A stretch of 64,000 bases of DNA from an uncultured Isosphaeraceae bacterium (GTDB lineage Bacteria > Planctomycetota > Planctomycetia > Isosphaerales > Isosphaeraceae): positions 232,197 through 296,196 of the forward strand of contig CAMFLR010000002.1 of assembly GCA_945957605.1 (NCBI GenBank). Reading direction: 5' to 3'. The translations under genes and the position numbers were made by a program. The notes under the pieces are model-generated. The model made no database searches, had not been told where the DNA came from, and saw nothing but the letters and a program-made list of their open reading frames with translations. Shown in pieces: positions 11,168 to 20,925 of the stretch (its first letter is position 1; each line of letters starts with the position of its first letter).

Positions 11168-11434
11168 CACCCGCAAATTCTTGCCACATTTCCCAGACCG
11201 CCGTTCCGCGCACTTAGGATGAGAGTGCGGGGCGGCGGTTTGGTTTTGCCCCAAAACGTCCTGAATGATCGCTGCAACCGTCAAGGTTGACGCAATAAAC
11301 ACTGAATTTATCGTTACTTCCCGCATTTGCGGCACCCTCGGTGGAAATGTTGCAGGCTGGTGAAACGTCATCCGATTTTGTCGCTGTTGGGTGAAGCCTG
11401 CCCACGCGAGTAACTCCGTGCCTCGGAGCGATGG

Positions 11435-13141
11435 ATGACCATAAGGATGCGGCAATCGGTGTCAGGATGGCGCAGAAAGGTGATCGCGATCGGCGTCGTT
11501 GCCGGTCTCGTGGGCTCGTGTGGATTAAATCGAAGCGCCGTCGCGCAATCGCCGTCTGATTCCGTTGTTGCAAGCAGTGTCATCCGACCCGGATCGGGAA
11601 ATCGAGCCGACGAAGTAAATTCAATCCCGGCCGAGGTCGATTTGCAACGCGCCGTGTTGGCCTACAAGAGCGGCCAATTCGAAGAGGCAATCAGCCGGCT
11701 CGACGGCATCAGCGCGAAGTCTCCCAGCGCGTCGTATTATCGCGGCCTCTCGTTGCTCGGTTTGAAACGGCCGGACGACGCTCTCAAAGTCTTCGAATCC
11801 CTCGATCAATCACCCGAATCACCAATCGAAGCCAAGCTCGGCATCGGTGCCAGCCGGCTCGAACGCGGCGACGTCAAGGAAGCGGCCGAAGCACTCGACG
11901 GCTATCTTAAAGCGAAGCCCAACGACCTCTACGCGCATTACCTGCTCGGCGTCGCACTCTTCAAACAAGGCCGTGCCGACGAATCAAAGATTCACCTCGC
12001 GCGAGCGAATACCGACACCGCACTCTCGCCATTTCTCGACGAATACAAAGCTCTCATCGAATCGGCCGAAGCCGCCGAGCCGCTTCCTCCCCTACCCGCC
12101 TCGGCGGGAGGAACCGGCTCGATCGTCCCGCCCGAGAACAACTACATCCGCGGCAATTTCATCAATCGCATGAACGCACCACCCGGCGGCCCCGGCACAA
12201 TCCCAGGCCCCGGAACAACCGGAGTGGGTGGAGCAACAACCGGCGCCGCCAATCCCGACCGTCGTTGGAACCTCGCGACGGTTAACGGCTACGAATACGA
12301 CACGAACGTCGCCCTCGCGCCCGGTTTCCTCATCACCGGCCTGGGCGCAGCCGCGCATCGGCCCGACTCGCGGTACACGTTCGCCAACTTCGGCGAATAT
12401 CGTTTTATTCAGCAGCAAGATCTCGTCGCCGGCTTCATCGGTTCAACCTACGACACCTTCCAGTTCCACCTGCCGCAGTACAACATTCAAGATTACATGG
12501 GCGGCATTTACGCCAACCAGGCGTTCGGCGACAAGATTCTCGGCGGACGCTACGAGTTCCACGAAAGCCTGCTCGGCGGCAAGCAATTCACGACGGATCA
12601 CCGCGTCACGCCCAACTTCACCTTCCGCGAGGGAAGCTTCGGCCACGTCACAGCGTTCTACGAATTCGAAGCCCTCACGGTTAACGGCCTCGCTCTCACT
12701 CCCGCACAGAGGCGAACCGGCAACATCAACGCAGTCGGTGTCACGCAGGCAATCTATCTCGCCAACGGCAACGGCCGCCTGTTCCTCAACTATCGCTACG
12801 AAAACGCTGCGACACAGGGGACCGACTTCGACCGCAACACGAATCAAATCAGCGCACGCGTCGAATATCCCTTGCCCGGCAAGATGGTATTCAACGCCGA
12901 ATTCCGCCAGTTTTTCGACAATTACATGCACGCGAACAGCCTCGATTTCCTCGGCCATCGCCGGTTCGACAATCGCATCGAATTCCGCACCGGCGTGCAG
13001 AAGTTCCTGACCGACCACTGGAGCCTGCGCGTCGACTACGTCTACATCAACAACACGTCAAACGTCGCCAATCTCTTCGGCACGAGTTTCTACAGCTACC
13101 ATCGCAACGTCATCGGCGCCCAAATGATTTACGACTTCTAA
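11435..13141 (+). CDS. TPR-repeat protein fused to a predicted outer-membrane beta-barrel (C-terminal ...MIYDF)
   Basis: Signal peptide, then TPR-like helices (LQRAVLAYKSGQFEEAISRL.., YYRGLSLLGLKRPDDALKVF.., AHYLLGVALFKQGRADES). The C-terminal half has alternating aromatic strands and ends in an aromatic residue, typical of OM beta-barrels. Confidence 0.7.
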   Translation: MTIRMRQSVSGWRRKVIAIGVVAGLVGSCGLNRSAVAQSPSDSVVASSVIRPGSGNRADEVNSIPAEVDLQRAVLAYKSGQFEEAISRLDGISAKSPSASYYRGLSLLGLKRPDDALKVFESLDQSPESPIEAKLGIGASRLERGDVKEAAEALDGYLKAKPNDLYAHYLLGVALFKQGRADESKIHLARANTDTALSPFLDEYKALIESAEAAEPLPPLPASAGGTGSIVPPENNYIRGNFINRMNAPPGGPGTIPGPGTTGVGGATTGAANPDRRWNLATVNGYEYDTNVALAPGFLITGLGAAAHRPDSRYTFANFGEYRFIQQQDLVAGFIGSTYDTFQFHLPQYNIQDYMGGIYANQAFGDKILGGRYEFHESLLGGKQFTTDHRVTPNFTFREGSFGHVTAFYEFEALTVNGLALTPAQRRTGNINAVGVTQAIYLANGNGRLFLNYRYENAATQGTDFDRNTNQISARVEYPLPGKMVFNAEFRQFFDNYMHANSLDFLGHRRFDNRIEFRTGVQKFLTDHWSLRVDYVYINNTSNVANLFGTSFYSYHRNVIGAQMIYDF

Positions 13142-13207
13142 TGCTTACGTCACGCGCCGCCGGCGAATCGTAATCATTCACAGACAATCGCAGAAAAGGT
13201 TAAACCG

Positions 13208-13549
13208 ATGTTCGCTCGCCTTCTTCAATATAGTTTGCTCGCCCTGCTGGGGACGCTCATCCTTAGCCACGGCACAGCGTCAGCTCAGTCCCCCGCGCCC
13301 GTCACCGTTCCAGCGGGCACGCCCGTCTGCAACTGCGGCGTTTACACCGGCCCGCACTATCACCTCACCGCGCAGTCAACGACTACCCCCCGGCTCTTCG
13401 GCCGCTCGGCGGGACTCAACAATCGCACCAACAACAGCGGACTGACCCCGAACGAACAGGGACTGCCGCGCGGTCGTCGTTACTACGGCGGACGTTACTT
13501 CGGCAGCTTCAACGATCGCTTCTACGGTCCGCAGTACGGCTATTTCTGA
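13208..13549 (+). CDS. Small secreted protein (113 aa), unknown
   Basis: Signal peptide MFARLLQYSLLALLGTLILSHGTASA; Gly/Tyr/Arg-rich C-terminus ending YGYF. Confidence 0.5.
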   Translation: MFARLLQYSLLALLGTLILSHGTASAQSPAPVTVPAGTPVCNCGVYTGPHYHLTAQSTTTPRLFGRSAGLNNRTNNSGLTPNEQGLPRGRRYYGGRYFGSFNDRFYGPQYGYF

Positions 13550-13620
13550 TCCGAATGTTTACAGTGGATGGGTCTGATTGCAATCCGTTCCACCGATCTC
13601 CGCGCCGGAGAGGTTATCTC

Positions 13621-16254
13621 ATGTCTGCTAACTCCTCTGAAAATATGAGAAAACCTCGCCGACGCGCAACGACTGCGCGCATCGAACCACTCGAGTCGCG
13701 CATCGTCCTCGACGCCACGTTCACCCAGATGTTCGGCCTCAACAACGCCACCAACACCGTCGTCTACGGCCCCAACCTGAACAGCAACAACGTCTCATAC
13801 ATCCACACGTTTCACATCACGTTTCTCAAAGACGCCGGCACCGCGAACCTGACATACAACACAGCGCAGCTCCACAACGACAACCTTGTTCATATTCCCA
13901 TCAGCGGAACCGTCACCGGTCCGCAGCCGACCGGATTCCACGGCGCCGAGCTCGACATCATCGTTAACGGCAACACGGCAAATCCCGCAGGCGTGATCAC
14001 AAGCTTCACCGACCTCGGCACCAGTCAACCCGGCGCGAACGGCAATGACACGATCTTCTTCATGCAAGGGATTCTGCTACCAGCCGGCGAAACCGTGAAT
14101 TCGATCGGCCTGGTCTTCAAAAACCAGTCCGTCGGCGAAATGACGCCGCTCATCCCACTCACATCGCTGACGATCGACACCATCGCCCCCAGCATCAAGT
14201 CGATCGGCCCAATTCCGTCGTCGAATCCCACTTCGGTCGACACGATCCCCGTCACGCTTACCGACGCAATCACACCTAGCTCCTTCACACTCAACGCGCT
14301 AAGCCTGACACGCGACGGCGCCAACGTGCCGCTCTCAAGCTCCGCAACAATTGCCCCAACCGATGGCACCAACACCAAGTTTCTCATCTCGGGTCTGAGC
14401 GGCTTCACGAACGTCAGCGGGAACTACAAGCTTACGATCAACGCCGCAAACCTCGTCGACCCCGCGCTGAATTCCGGCGCCGGACTCGTCTCCGCATCAT
14501 TCGGCGTCGGCACCGCGGCCCGCGCGATCCCCACCGTAACCGCCCCCGTCACTCCGCGCAACTCACCCGTTAGTTCGCTCACCGTCGACTTCTCCGCGCC
14601 CGTCGATGCAACCTCGTTCGGCCTCAGCGCACTCAGCTTATTGCGAAACAACGTGAATGTACCTCTGACGAACGCAGTGACGATTTCTCCCTCAAGCGGC
14701 AACGCCACGTCATTCACGATTAGCGGTTTGGGCGGATTCACATCGACCGACGGTTCTTACGTCTTCTCAGTCGACGGCACCAAGGTCTCCGACAGCGCGC
14801 ACACTCCGGGAACCGGGACGAGCGACGTCGGATTCGTCATCGACACCGTCGCACCCACGATCATCGGCGATAAGCTCACTTTCGCCGCACCAGGCGGAGC
14901 CCTCAACGCGGTCACGGTGAATCTGTCGAAGGACATCAACCCCACTTCGTTCACACCAGCATTACTCACACTCACCCGCGCGGGCGTACCCATCGATCTT
15001 AGCCATTTAACGATCACGTCGAATAACGGTTCGCGCTCAAGCTTCATCGTCTCTGGCCTTGGACCCTTCACGACCGAATCAGGAAGCTACATCCTCTCGA
15101 TCGACCCGAGCGGTCTTCGAGACGATGCCGGCAATTCGGGCACCGGTGCACCACTCGCCATTCCGTTCACGGTAAACGGTCCCAAAGTCACAGTCGTGGG
15201 ACCAATCGCCACGCCTCGGCTCGCCCCGCTCGACCCCGTTGCCATCACGTTCTCAGGTCCGATTGACGCCAGCACATTCAATGGCTCGAACATCCTCCTC
15301 TCGCGCGACGGCGTGCCCGTACCACTCACTGGGCTCACCACGTCGCCTTCTTCCGGCGATGTCAGCAGCATCACTGTAAGCGGTCTTGCACCATTCACCA
15401 GCACGCCTGGTGTGTACGTTTTGAGTGCGATCGTCGGCAATTCGACCGACCCGTTCGGCAGCCCGCTCGCGGCTGGCGGCTATGCGACGTTCGTTGTGAA
15501 GGGCCAGCCCTCGGTTCTCGCGAGCGTTACACCCACAACCGACTTCCCGCAGTTCCCGAATCCGAACCCATATTTCCCGTTAAATTCGGCGATCGTCACC
15601 TTCACAGCTCCCATCAACCCTGGCTCATTTTCGCTTGATTCGATTCATCTCACGAACGGCAGCACGAACGTACCAATCATAAGCACCGTCACGATTACGC
15701 GAATCTCGGCCACGCAGTATCAAATCGGCAATCTCGCATCTGTCGCCGGCCGCGCGGGGCTGTATACCCTCACAATCACGCCCGGCACAATTGTCGATCT
15801 CTACAATCAATCCGTTCAAGGCACAGTTTCGACCACATACAATCACATCGTCAGCGCAAAAAATGGCGGACCTGCCGTGAAACGCGTCCAGCGCACGGCG
15901 AATCCGCACCAGCCGACGAACATTGTCATCACGTTCAATCACGCGCTCGACCAAACCTCCGCACTCAACCTCGCGAACTACGCCCTGTTCACCAAGCCGG
16001 CTCGTGGCATCGGTCAACCGGTTGTCATCGGCTACGCCAGCTACAAGGCCGCCACGAATCAGGTTACGCTCTACACCAGCTTCCCGATTCCCATCAAAAC
16101 AAAGCTTCAGCTTTTTGTGTATGGCACTGTCAGCACCGGCGTAACCGACACCCTCGGCCGGCCGCTCACGGGTAGCGTGCTCAATCCGAACGGTGGCGGC
16201 ACGTATGCGACCGTCTTCGGCGGTGCGAGCAGCGTGATCGGTCCCAAAAAGTAA
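13621..16254 (+). CDS. Giant secreted protein with about six tandem Ig-like/Big-like repeats; N-terminal planctomycete-type 'EPLESRIVLDA' motif
   Basis: Repeat units ...FTLNALSLTRDGANVPLSSSATIAPTDGTNTKFLISGLSGFTNVSGNYKLTI.. recur about every 100 aa. The track ORF starts at 13555; an internal Met at 13621 or 13645 is more likely. Confidence 0.75.
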   Translation: MSANSSENMRKPRRRATTARIEPLESRIVLDATFTQMFGLNNATNTVVYGPNLNSNNVSYIHTFHITFLKDAGTANLTYNTAQLHNDNLVHIPISGTVTGPQPTGFHGAELDIIVNGNTANPAGVITSFTDLGTSQPGANGNDTIFFMQGILLPAGETVNSIGLVFKNQSVGEMTPLIPLTSLTIDTIAPSIKSIGPIPSSNPTSVDTIPVTLTDAITPSSFTLNALSLTRDGANVPLSSSATIAPTDGTNTKFLISGLSGFTNVSGNYKLTINAANLVDPALNSGAGLVSASFGVGTAARAIPTVTAPVTPRNSPVSSLTVDFSAPVDATSFGLSALSLLRNNVNVPLTNAVTISPSSGNATSFTISGLGGFTSTDGSYVFSVDGTKVSDSAHTPGTGTSDVGFVIDTVAPTIIGDKLTFAAPGGALNAVTVNLSKDINPTSFTPALLTLTRAGVPIDLSHLTITSNNGSRSSFIVSGLGPFTTESGSYILSIDPSGLRDDAGNSGTGAPLAIPFTVNGPKVTVVGPIATPRLAPLDPVAITFSGPIDASTFNGSNILLSRDGVPVPLTGLTTSPSSGDVSSITVSGLAPFTSTPGVYVLSAIVGNSTDPFGSPLAAGGYATFVVKGQPSVLASVTPTTDFPQFPNPNPYFPLNSAIVTFTAPINPGSFSLDSIHLTNGSTNVPIISTVTITRISATQYQIGNLASVAGRAGLYTLTITPGTIVDLYNQSVQGTVSTTYNHIVSAKNGGPAVKRVQRTANPHQPTNIVITFNHALDQTSALNLANYALFTKPARGIGQPVVIGYASYKAATNQVTLYTSFPIPIKTKLQLFVYGTVSTGVTDTLGRPLTGSVLNPNGGGTYATVFGGASSVIGPKK

Positions 16255-16416
16255 TCGCCGACCGCGAATTTGTTGGCCACAATGCAATGCTTTTCGCACT
16301 GCAACTCTGAAGTGCGCCGCACCCCAACTGCGCGGCACCGGTTTTGGTATGATCAAAAGTCGCACCAAAAGGTTTGGACCGTGGTGAATCATTGTTTGGA
16401 TGTTTGAGACGCTGTA

Positions 16417-19400
16417 ATGGCCGCGTTGATCGACGTCATTGCCTCATATGTACCCACCATATTGCGTCGACGGCTCGCTGCGGGAGCGGGTATTCGAACG
16501 CTCCTCGACATCGAGCATCACGATGCGGCCGTACTCTTCGCCGACATCTCCGGCTTCACGCGTCTGAGTGAACGCCTCGCCGAGCATGGCGCCGAAGGGC
16601 TCGAAGAATTAACGAATGCACTAAACACTTATTTTGATCGCCTCATCGAACTCATCGCCGAACATGGCGGGGACGTCGTGAAAATGGCCGGCGATGCCCT
16701 CATCGCCGTTTGGCCTTGCCGATCTGAAACCGACACACTCGCCGATCAAACCGCACGAGTCGCCCGCTGCTCGCTCCAGTTGCAAGAGTCTTTTCAAGAC
16801 TATCGCGTTGCCGAAGGGATCAACCTCACATCAAAAGTCGCGATTGCCGCGGGCCGCGTGCTCATCATGCACGTCGGTGGCGTGCGCGGGCGCTGGGAGA
16901 TGGCGATCGCCGGCGTGCCGCTCGCGGACATGGGATACGCCGAGAAAAAGGCCGGTCCCGGCGAAGTTGTGATGGCCCCCGCCGCCTGGGAATTGCTTAA
17001 ATCCGAATGCGTCGGCAAGGATCTCGGCGACAATTACTTTCTGCTGCAAGCGCTGAACACGTCCCCCTCGCCGAGCCCGCTCGACTCCCCCGCGCCGACG
17101 GTCGAAGTCGAGGATTCGCTCCGCTCCTATCTCCCGGGCGCGATCCGTGCGCGAATCGCCGCCGGTCAGACCGACTGGCTTGCCGAACTTCGTCGCCTGA
17201 CGGTCCTCTTCGTCCAGTTCCCCGCGATCGAGCTCGACCGGACCGACCTGCTGGAATGGACCCAGCGCACGATGGAAGCGCTTCAGGTCGCGATTTATCG
17301 CTTCGAAGGTAGTGTCAACAAGATCAGCATCGACGAGAAAGGCGCAACTCTCGTCGCCGCATTCGGCCTCCCGCCGCTCGCACATCCCGACGACGCACGC
17401 CTTGGTATCGAAGCCGCGAGCGCAGTGCGTGCCAGTCTCGGACGGCTAGGTCTCACCTGTGCCATCGGAATCGCGACGGGTCGCGTTTATTGCGGCGAAG
17501 TCGGTAACTCCAGACGCCGCGAATACACGATCATCGGCCGCACGGTCAATCTCGCCGCCCGACTCATGCAGGCCGCACATGATGGCAACCACATTTTCTG
17601 TGATGAAGAAACGTTTCACGCCGCTCAATCTTCGTTCGAATTCGACTCCCTGCCGGCGATCCGGCTCAAGAACATCGAGCAACCCGTCGCGATCTACCGC
17701 CCGATCCGCGCAAACGCCACGTCAACGCGATCGCACGATTCGATTGGCCGGTTCCGCGAACGCGCGCTCATCGCCGCCAAGCTCGACGCCGTAAAACAAG
17801 AGCGCGGCGGCGTTCTGGTGATCGAAGGCGAGCCGGGAATCGGCAAGTCGCGACTGATCGCCGACCTCTTCAATCAGGCCGAGGCAAACGGAATCGCCCT
17901 ATGGATCGGCGGCGGCGACGCCATCGAGCGCTCCACCGCATATCACGCCTGGCGTCCACTCATGATCAAAGTTCTTGGCATTGATGAAAATGCCGAGACC
18001 GAAATCCGCAACCGCCAGGCACTTTTGGGAATCGGCGAAGATCCTGAACTAAGCCGCCTCGCCGCGCTCCTCAACGACATCGTCCCCGTCGATCTCCCCG
18101 AGCTCGACCTCACGCGTCATATGGCCGGTCAGGTTCGTGCCGATAACACGAGCGTGCTCTTGCTCGGCCTGCTGAACAAGGCCGTGCGCAACGGCCCTTC
18201 GGTCGTGATTCTCGAAGATGCCCACTGGTTTGACTCATCATCGTGGGGACTGCTGCAACGCGCCGCACGATCGCTTCCCAACACACTTTTCGTGATCACA
18301 ACCCGCCCATCAGCCGGCGCATTTCCCGAAGAGCAAGCCGCGCTGCTTCAAATTCCCGGCGCCGAATTTCTCCGCCTCAAACCGCTCGACGCCGATGAAA
18401 CCCTCACGCTTGCGTGCCACCGAATGGGCGTCGCCCGGCTCCCCACAGCCGTATCAGAGCAAATCCTCGAAAAATCGCAGGGCAATCCGTTCTTCTGCGA
18501 AGAGCTGACCTACGCCCTTCGAGACTCGGGATTGCTCGTCATTAGCAACGGTCATTGCGAGCTCGCCCCTGGTGTCGATCTCAACGCGCTCAGCATGCCG
18601 AACCATGTCGAAGGCGTCGTTACCGGACGCATCGACCGACTCAACCCGTCGCAACAACTCACGCTCAAGGTCGCAAGCATCATCGGCCGGCTCTTCGCTG
18701 TGCGGCTTCTGCACGACGTCTACCCGATCGAGCCCGATCGTCTCGAACTGGCCGACCGCCTTGAATCACTCTCACAACTCGAACTGATTCAGCCCGACGA
18801 GCTCGAGTCGGAGTTCGCCTACCTGTTCCGCCACGTCATCACGCGCGACGTCGTTTACGACCTGATGCCAACATCACAGCGCAGGCAAATTCACCGCCGC
18901 GTGGCCGAGTGGTACGAATCGAAACAAGACGGCGACATCGCCACGTTTTACCCCTTGCTCGCCTATCACTGGACCCACGCGCAAGACGATGCCCGCGCGA
19001 TCGAATACCTCGAAAGGTCGGGCGAACAGGCCCTGCGTGTGGGCGCCTATCAAGAAGTTGTCGGCTTCCTCAACGAAGCGATTCGGCTCGTCAATCAATC
19101 AGGCGGCGTTCACGGCGATTTGACGAGGCTCGCTCGCTGGGAGTACTGGCTGGGCGAAGCACAGCTCGGGCTCGGCAACCTCGTGAAAAGCCAGGAACAC
19201 GCCTTTCGCGCGGTTGAATATCTCGGCTGCCAGGTCCCCAGCGGCGGGCGTCTGATCAGTAGCTTCATCGCCCAGCTCATTCAGCAAACCGCCAGGCGCA
19301 TGCGTGGCAAGCGAGGCACGACGACCGCAATGGGCGCCATGCCCGTCGAACTCCGTCTAGCATCATCAGCGTATGGACTCATCGGCGAGCTTTGCTATTT

Positions 19401-20505
19401 CAATCAAAACCGAACGCTAGGAATATATGCCGCCGTTCGCGCCCTCAACCTCGCCGAGAGCGAGGGTGGCAACTCGGTCGAGCTCGCGCGCAGCCTCGCC
19501 GTGATGTGCGTCGCCAGCGGACTGGTTCCGCTTCACTCGCAGGCGGAAGCGTATGGCAAGCGTGCGTTCGAAGTCGCATCGGCACTCGACGACTTGACGA
19601 CTCGTGCCTGGGTTCTGCAACTCACCGGCATGTACTACCTCGGCGTCGGCCGATGGGATGAAAGCCGGAAAAACCTCGAGCAGGCCGTCGAGCTCAACAA
19701 AAAGCTCGGCGATTGGCGGCGCTGGGAGGAATCGTCGGGCGAGCTGGCGCGGCTCGAGTATTACGCTGGCGAGTTCCATCACGGCGCCGATCGCTTTCGC
19801 GGGATTGGCGAAGTCGGCCGAGCGCGCGGCCACGTTCAAGCGATCGCCTGGGGTTTCAACGGCGGAGCCAAGCTCATGCTCCGGCTGGGACGTCTCGACG
19901 AGGCCCGGGCGATGCTCGAACAATCGCGACTGTTGCCAAGTGATGCTAGCGGCGTTGGCGACGCCATTCTCCGCGAAGGCCTTTTCGCCCTCGTCGAATT
20001 GGCTCGCGACGATTGGGACGGCGTACGTCAGGCCGCGCAGGAAACGCTGCGGCTTGCACAGCTTTCGCCGCCAATCGTTTCTTACACACTCGAAGGCTAC
20101 TCAGGAGCGGCTGCAGGATTCCTTGGCTTGTGGGAACGCTCAGACGTTCACGAGCGGCCGAAGTACGCGAAACTCGCCTGGACCGCCGTTCGTGAGTTGA
20201 GAAACATCGCGCGGGTTTTCCCCGTGGGACGTCCCCGAGCCTATCTCTGCCTCGGCGGCGCGTATTTGATGAACGGCCGAAAGCATCGCGCTTTCGCCGC
20301 CTGGACAAAATCACTCAACGCCGCCGAGAGCCTCAAGATGCCTTTCGAACGCGGACTGGCTCTGTACGAGATGGGCCGTCACAGCGATCCTCACGACCCT
20401 CGCGCCCGCGAGCTTCTCATCAGGGCAAAGGAAATCTTCGACGGACTCAGCGCGGGCCTCTATAGCGAACGAAGCCAGGTTGCTCTCGATAGACTCTCCC
20501 GCTAA
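16417..20505 (+). CDS. Class III adenylate/guanylate cyclase (two cyclase homology domains) fused to P-loop NTPase (STAND/AAA) and TPR region
   Basis: FADISGFTRLSE...MAGDALIAVW and a second cyclase domain (LTVLFVQFPAIEL..FEGSVNKISIDEKGATLVAAFG). Walker A GEPGIGKS at about residue 470, followed by a helical TPR-like C-terminus. Confidence 0.85.
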   Translation: MAALIDVIASYVPTILRRRLAAGAGIRTLLDIEHHDAAVLFADISGFTRLSERLAEHGAEGLEELTNALNTYFDRLIELIAEHGGDVVKMAGDALIAVWPCRSETDTLADQTARVARCSLQLQESFQDYRVAEGINLTSKVAIAAGRVLIMHVGGVRGRWEMAIAGVPLADMGYAEKKAGPGEVVMAPAAWELLKSECVGKDLGDNYFLLQALNTSPSPSPLDSPAPTVEVEDSLRSYLPGAIRARIAAGQTDWLAELRRLTVLFVQFPAIELDRTDLLEWTQRTMEALQVAIYRFEGSVNKISIDEKGATLVAAFGLPPLAHPDDARLGIEAASAVRASLGRLGLTCAIGIATGRVYCGEVGNSRRREYTIIGRTVNLAARLMQAAHDGNHIFCDEETFHAAQSSFEFDSLPAIRLKNIEQPVAIYRPIRANATSTRSHDSIGRFRERALIAAKLDAVKQERGGVLVIEGEPGIGKSRLIADLFNQAEANGIALWIGGGDAIERSTAYHAWRPLMIKVLGIDENAETEIRNRQALLGIGEDPELSRLAALLNDIVPVDLPELDLTRHMAGQVRADNTSVLLLGLLNKAVRNGPSVVILEDAHWFDSSSWGLLQRAARSLPNTLFVITTRPSAGAFPEEQAALLQIPGAEFLRLKPLDADETLTLACHRMGVARLPTAVSEQILEKSQGNPFFCEELTYALRDSGLLVISNGHCELAPGVDLNALSMPNHVEGVVTGRIDRLNPSQQLTLKVASIIGRLFAVRLLHDVYPIEPDRLELADRLESLSQLELIQPDELESEFAYLFRHVITRDVVYDLMPTSQRRQIHRRVAEWYESKQDGDIATFYPLLAYHWTHAQDDARAIEYLERSGEQALRVGAYQEVVGFLNEAIRLVNQSGGVHGDLTRLARWEYWLGEAQLGLGNLVKSQEHAFRAVEYLGCQVPSGGRLISSFIAQLIQQTARRMRGKRGTTTAMGAMPVELRLASSAYGLIGELCYFNQNRTLGIYAAVRALNLAESEGGNSVELARSLAVMCVASGLVPLHSQAEAYGKRAFEVASALDDLTTRAWVLQLTGMYYLGVGRWDESRKNLEQAVELNKKLGDWRRWEESSGELARLEYYAGEFHHGADRFRGIGEVGRARGHVQAIAWGFNGGAKLMLRLGRLDEARAMLEQSRLLPSDASGVGDAILREGLFALVELARDDWDGVRQAAQETLRLAQLSPPIVSYTLEGYSGAAAGFLGLWERSDVHERPKYAKLAWTAVRELRNIARVFPVGRPRAYLCLGGAYLMNGRKHRAFAAWTKSLNAAESLKMPFERGLALYEMGRHSDPHDPRARELLIRAKEIFDGLSAGLYSERSQVALDRLSR

Positions 20506-20720
20506 TCGATCCCCTGTCCCACAAGATTCCGACAATTGAACAATCGCTGCCGAATTCAAGTGTTCGCGCCATTCGAACCCATGGCCCATTTATTGTGTCT
20601 AAAATGACGAACAATTGACACTTTCGCCAACCCCTTTCTCCGCTTAAACTTCGGGCAAACAATGGCGCCAGTTTTTCCTCGAGCATCTTCGGTTTTCGCT
20701 CCGAAATCTCTCTGCCGGGG

Positions 20721-20748
20721 TTGACTTCATTCAATTCGCAACTAAGAT
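20721..20748 (+). promoter_or_regulatory. Possible sigma70-like promoter for the efflux operon
   Basis: TTGACT at 20721-20726, a 16-nt spacer, then TAAGAT at 20743-20748. Planctomycete promoters are poorly defined. Confidence 0.3.
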
Positions 20749-20925
20749 GGTTTCAATTCAAAAGGGCGGCGACCCGAGGTGTGTTTAACACCTTGCGAGC
20801 TGGTTCCTGATATGGCTTGGCCTGGATTTGCGACCAGGCATTCGTTTGGCGCGTTCATCGTTTCGAGCTGGGTAAGTGTGCCCAGCGACGGAGACGGTGT
20901 GCGCTGGTTTCCTGAGGAATCTGCA

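Noticed and set aside
16300-16345. Possible terminator after the Ig-repeat gene (gcgccgcaccccaactgcgcggcaccggtttt)
   Set aside because: The two arms are not truly complementary, so only a weak 5-bp stem forms; it is not convincing.
15625-16392. 255-aa minus-strand ORF
   Set aside because: It lies entirely inside, and antisense to, the Ig-repeat giant gene. There is no motif; it is a GC-rich shadow ORF.
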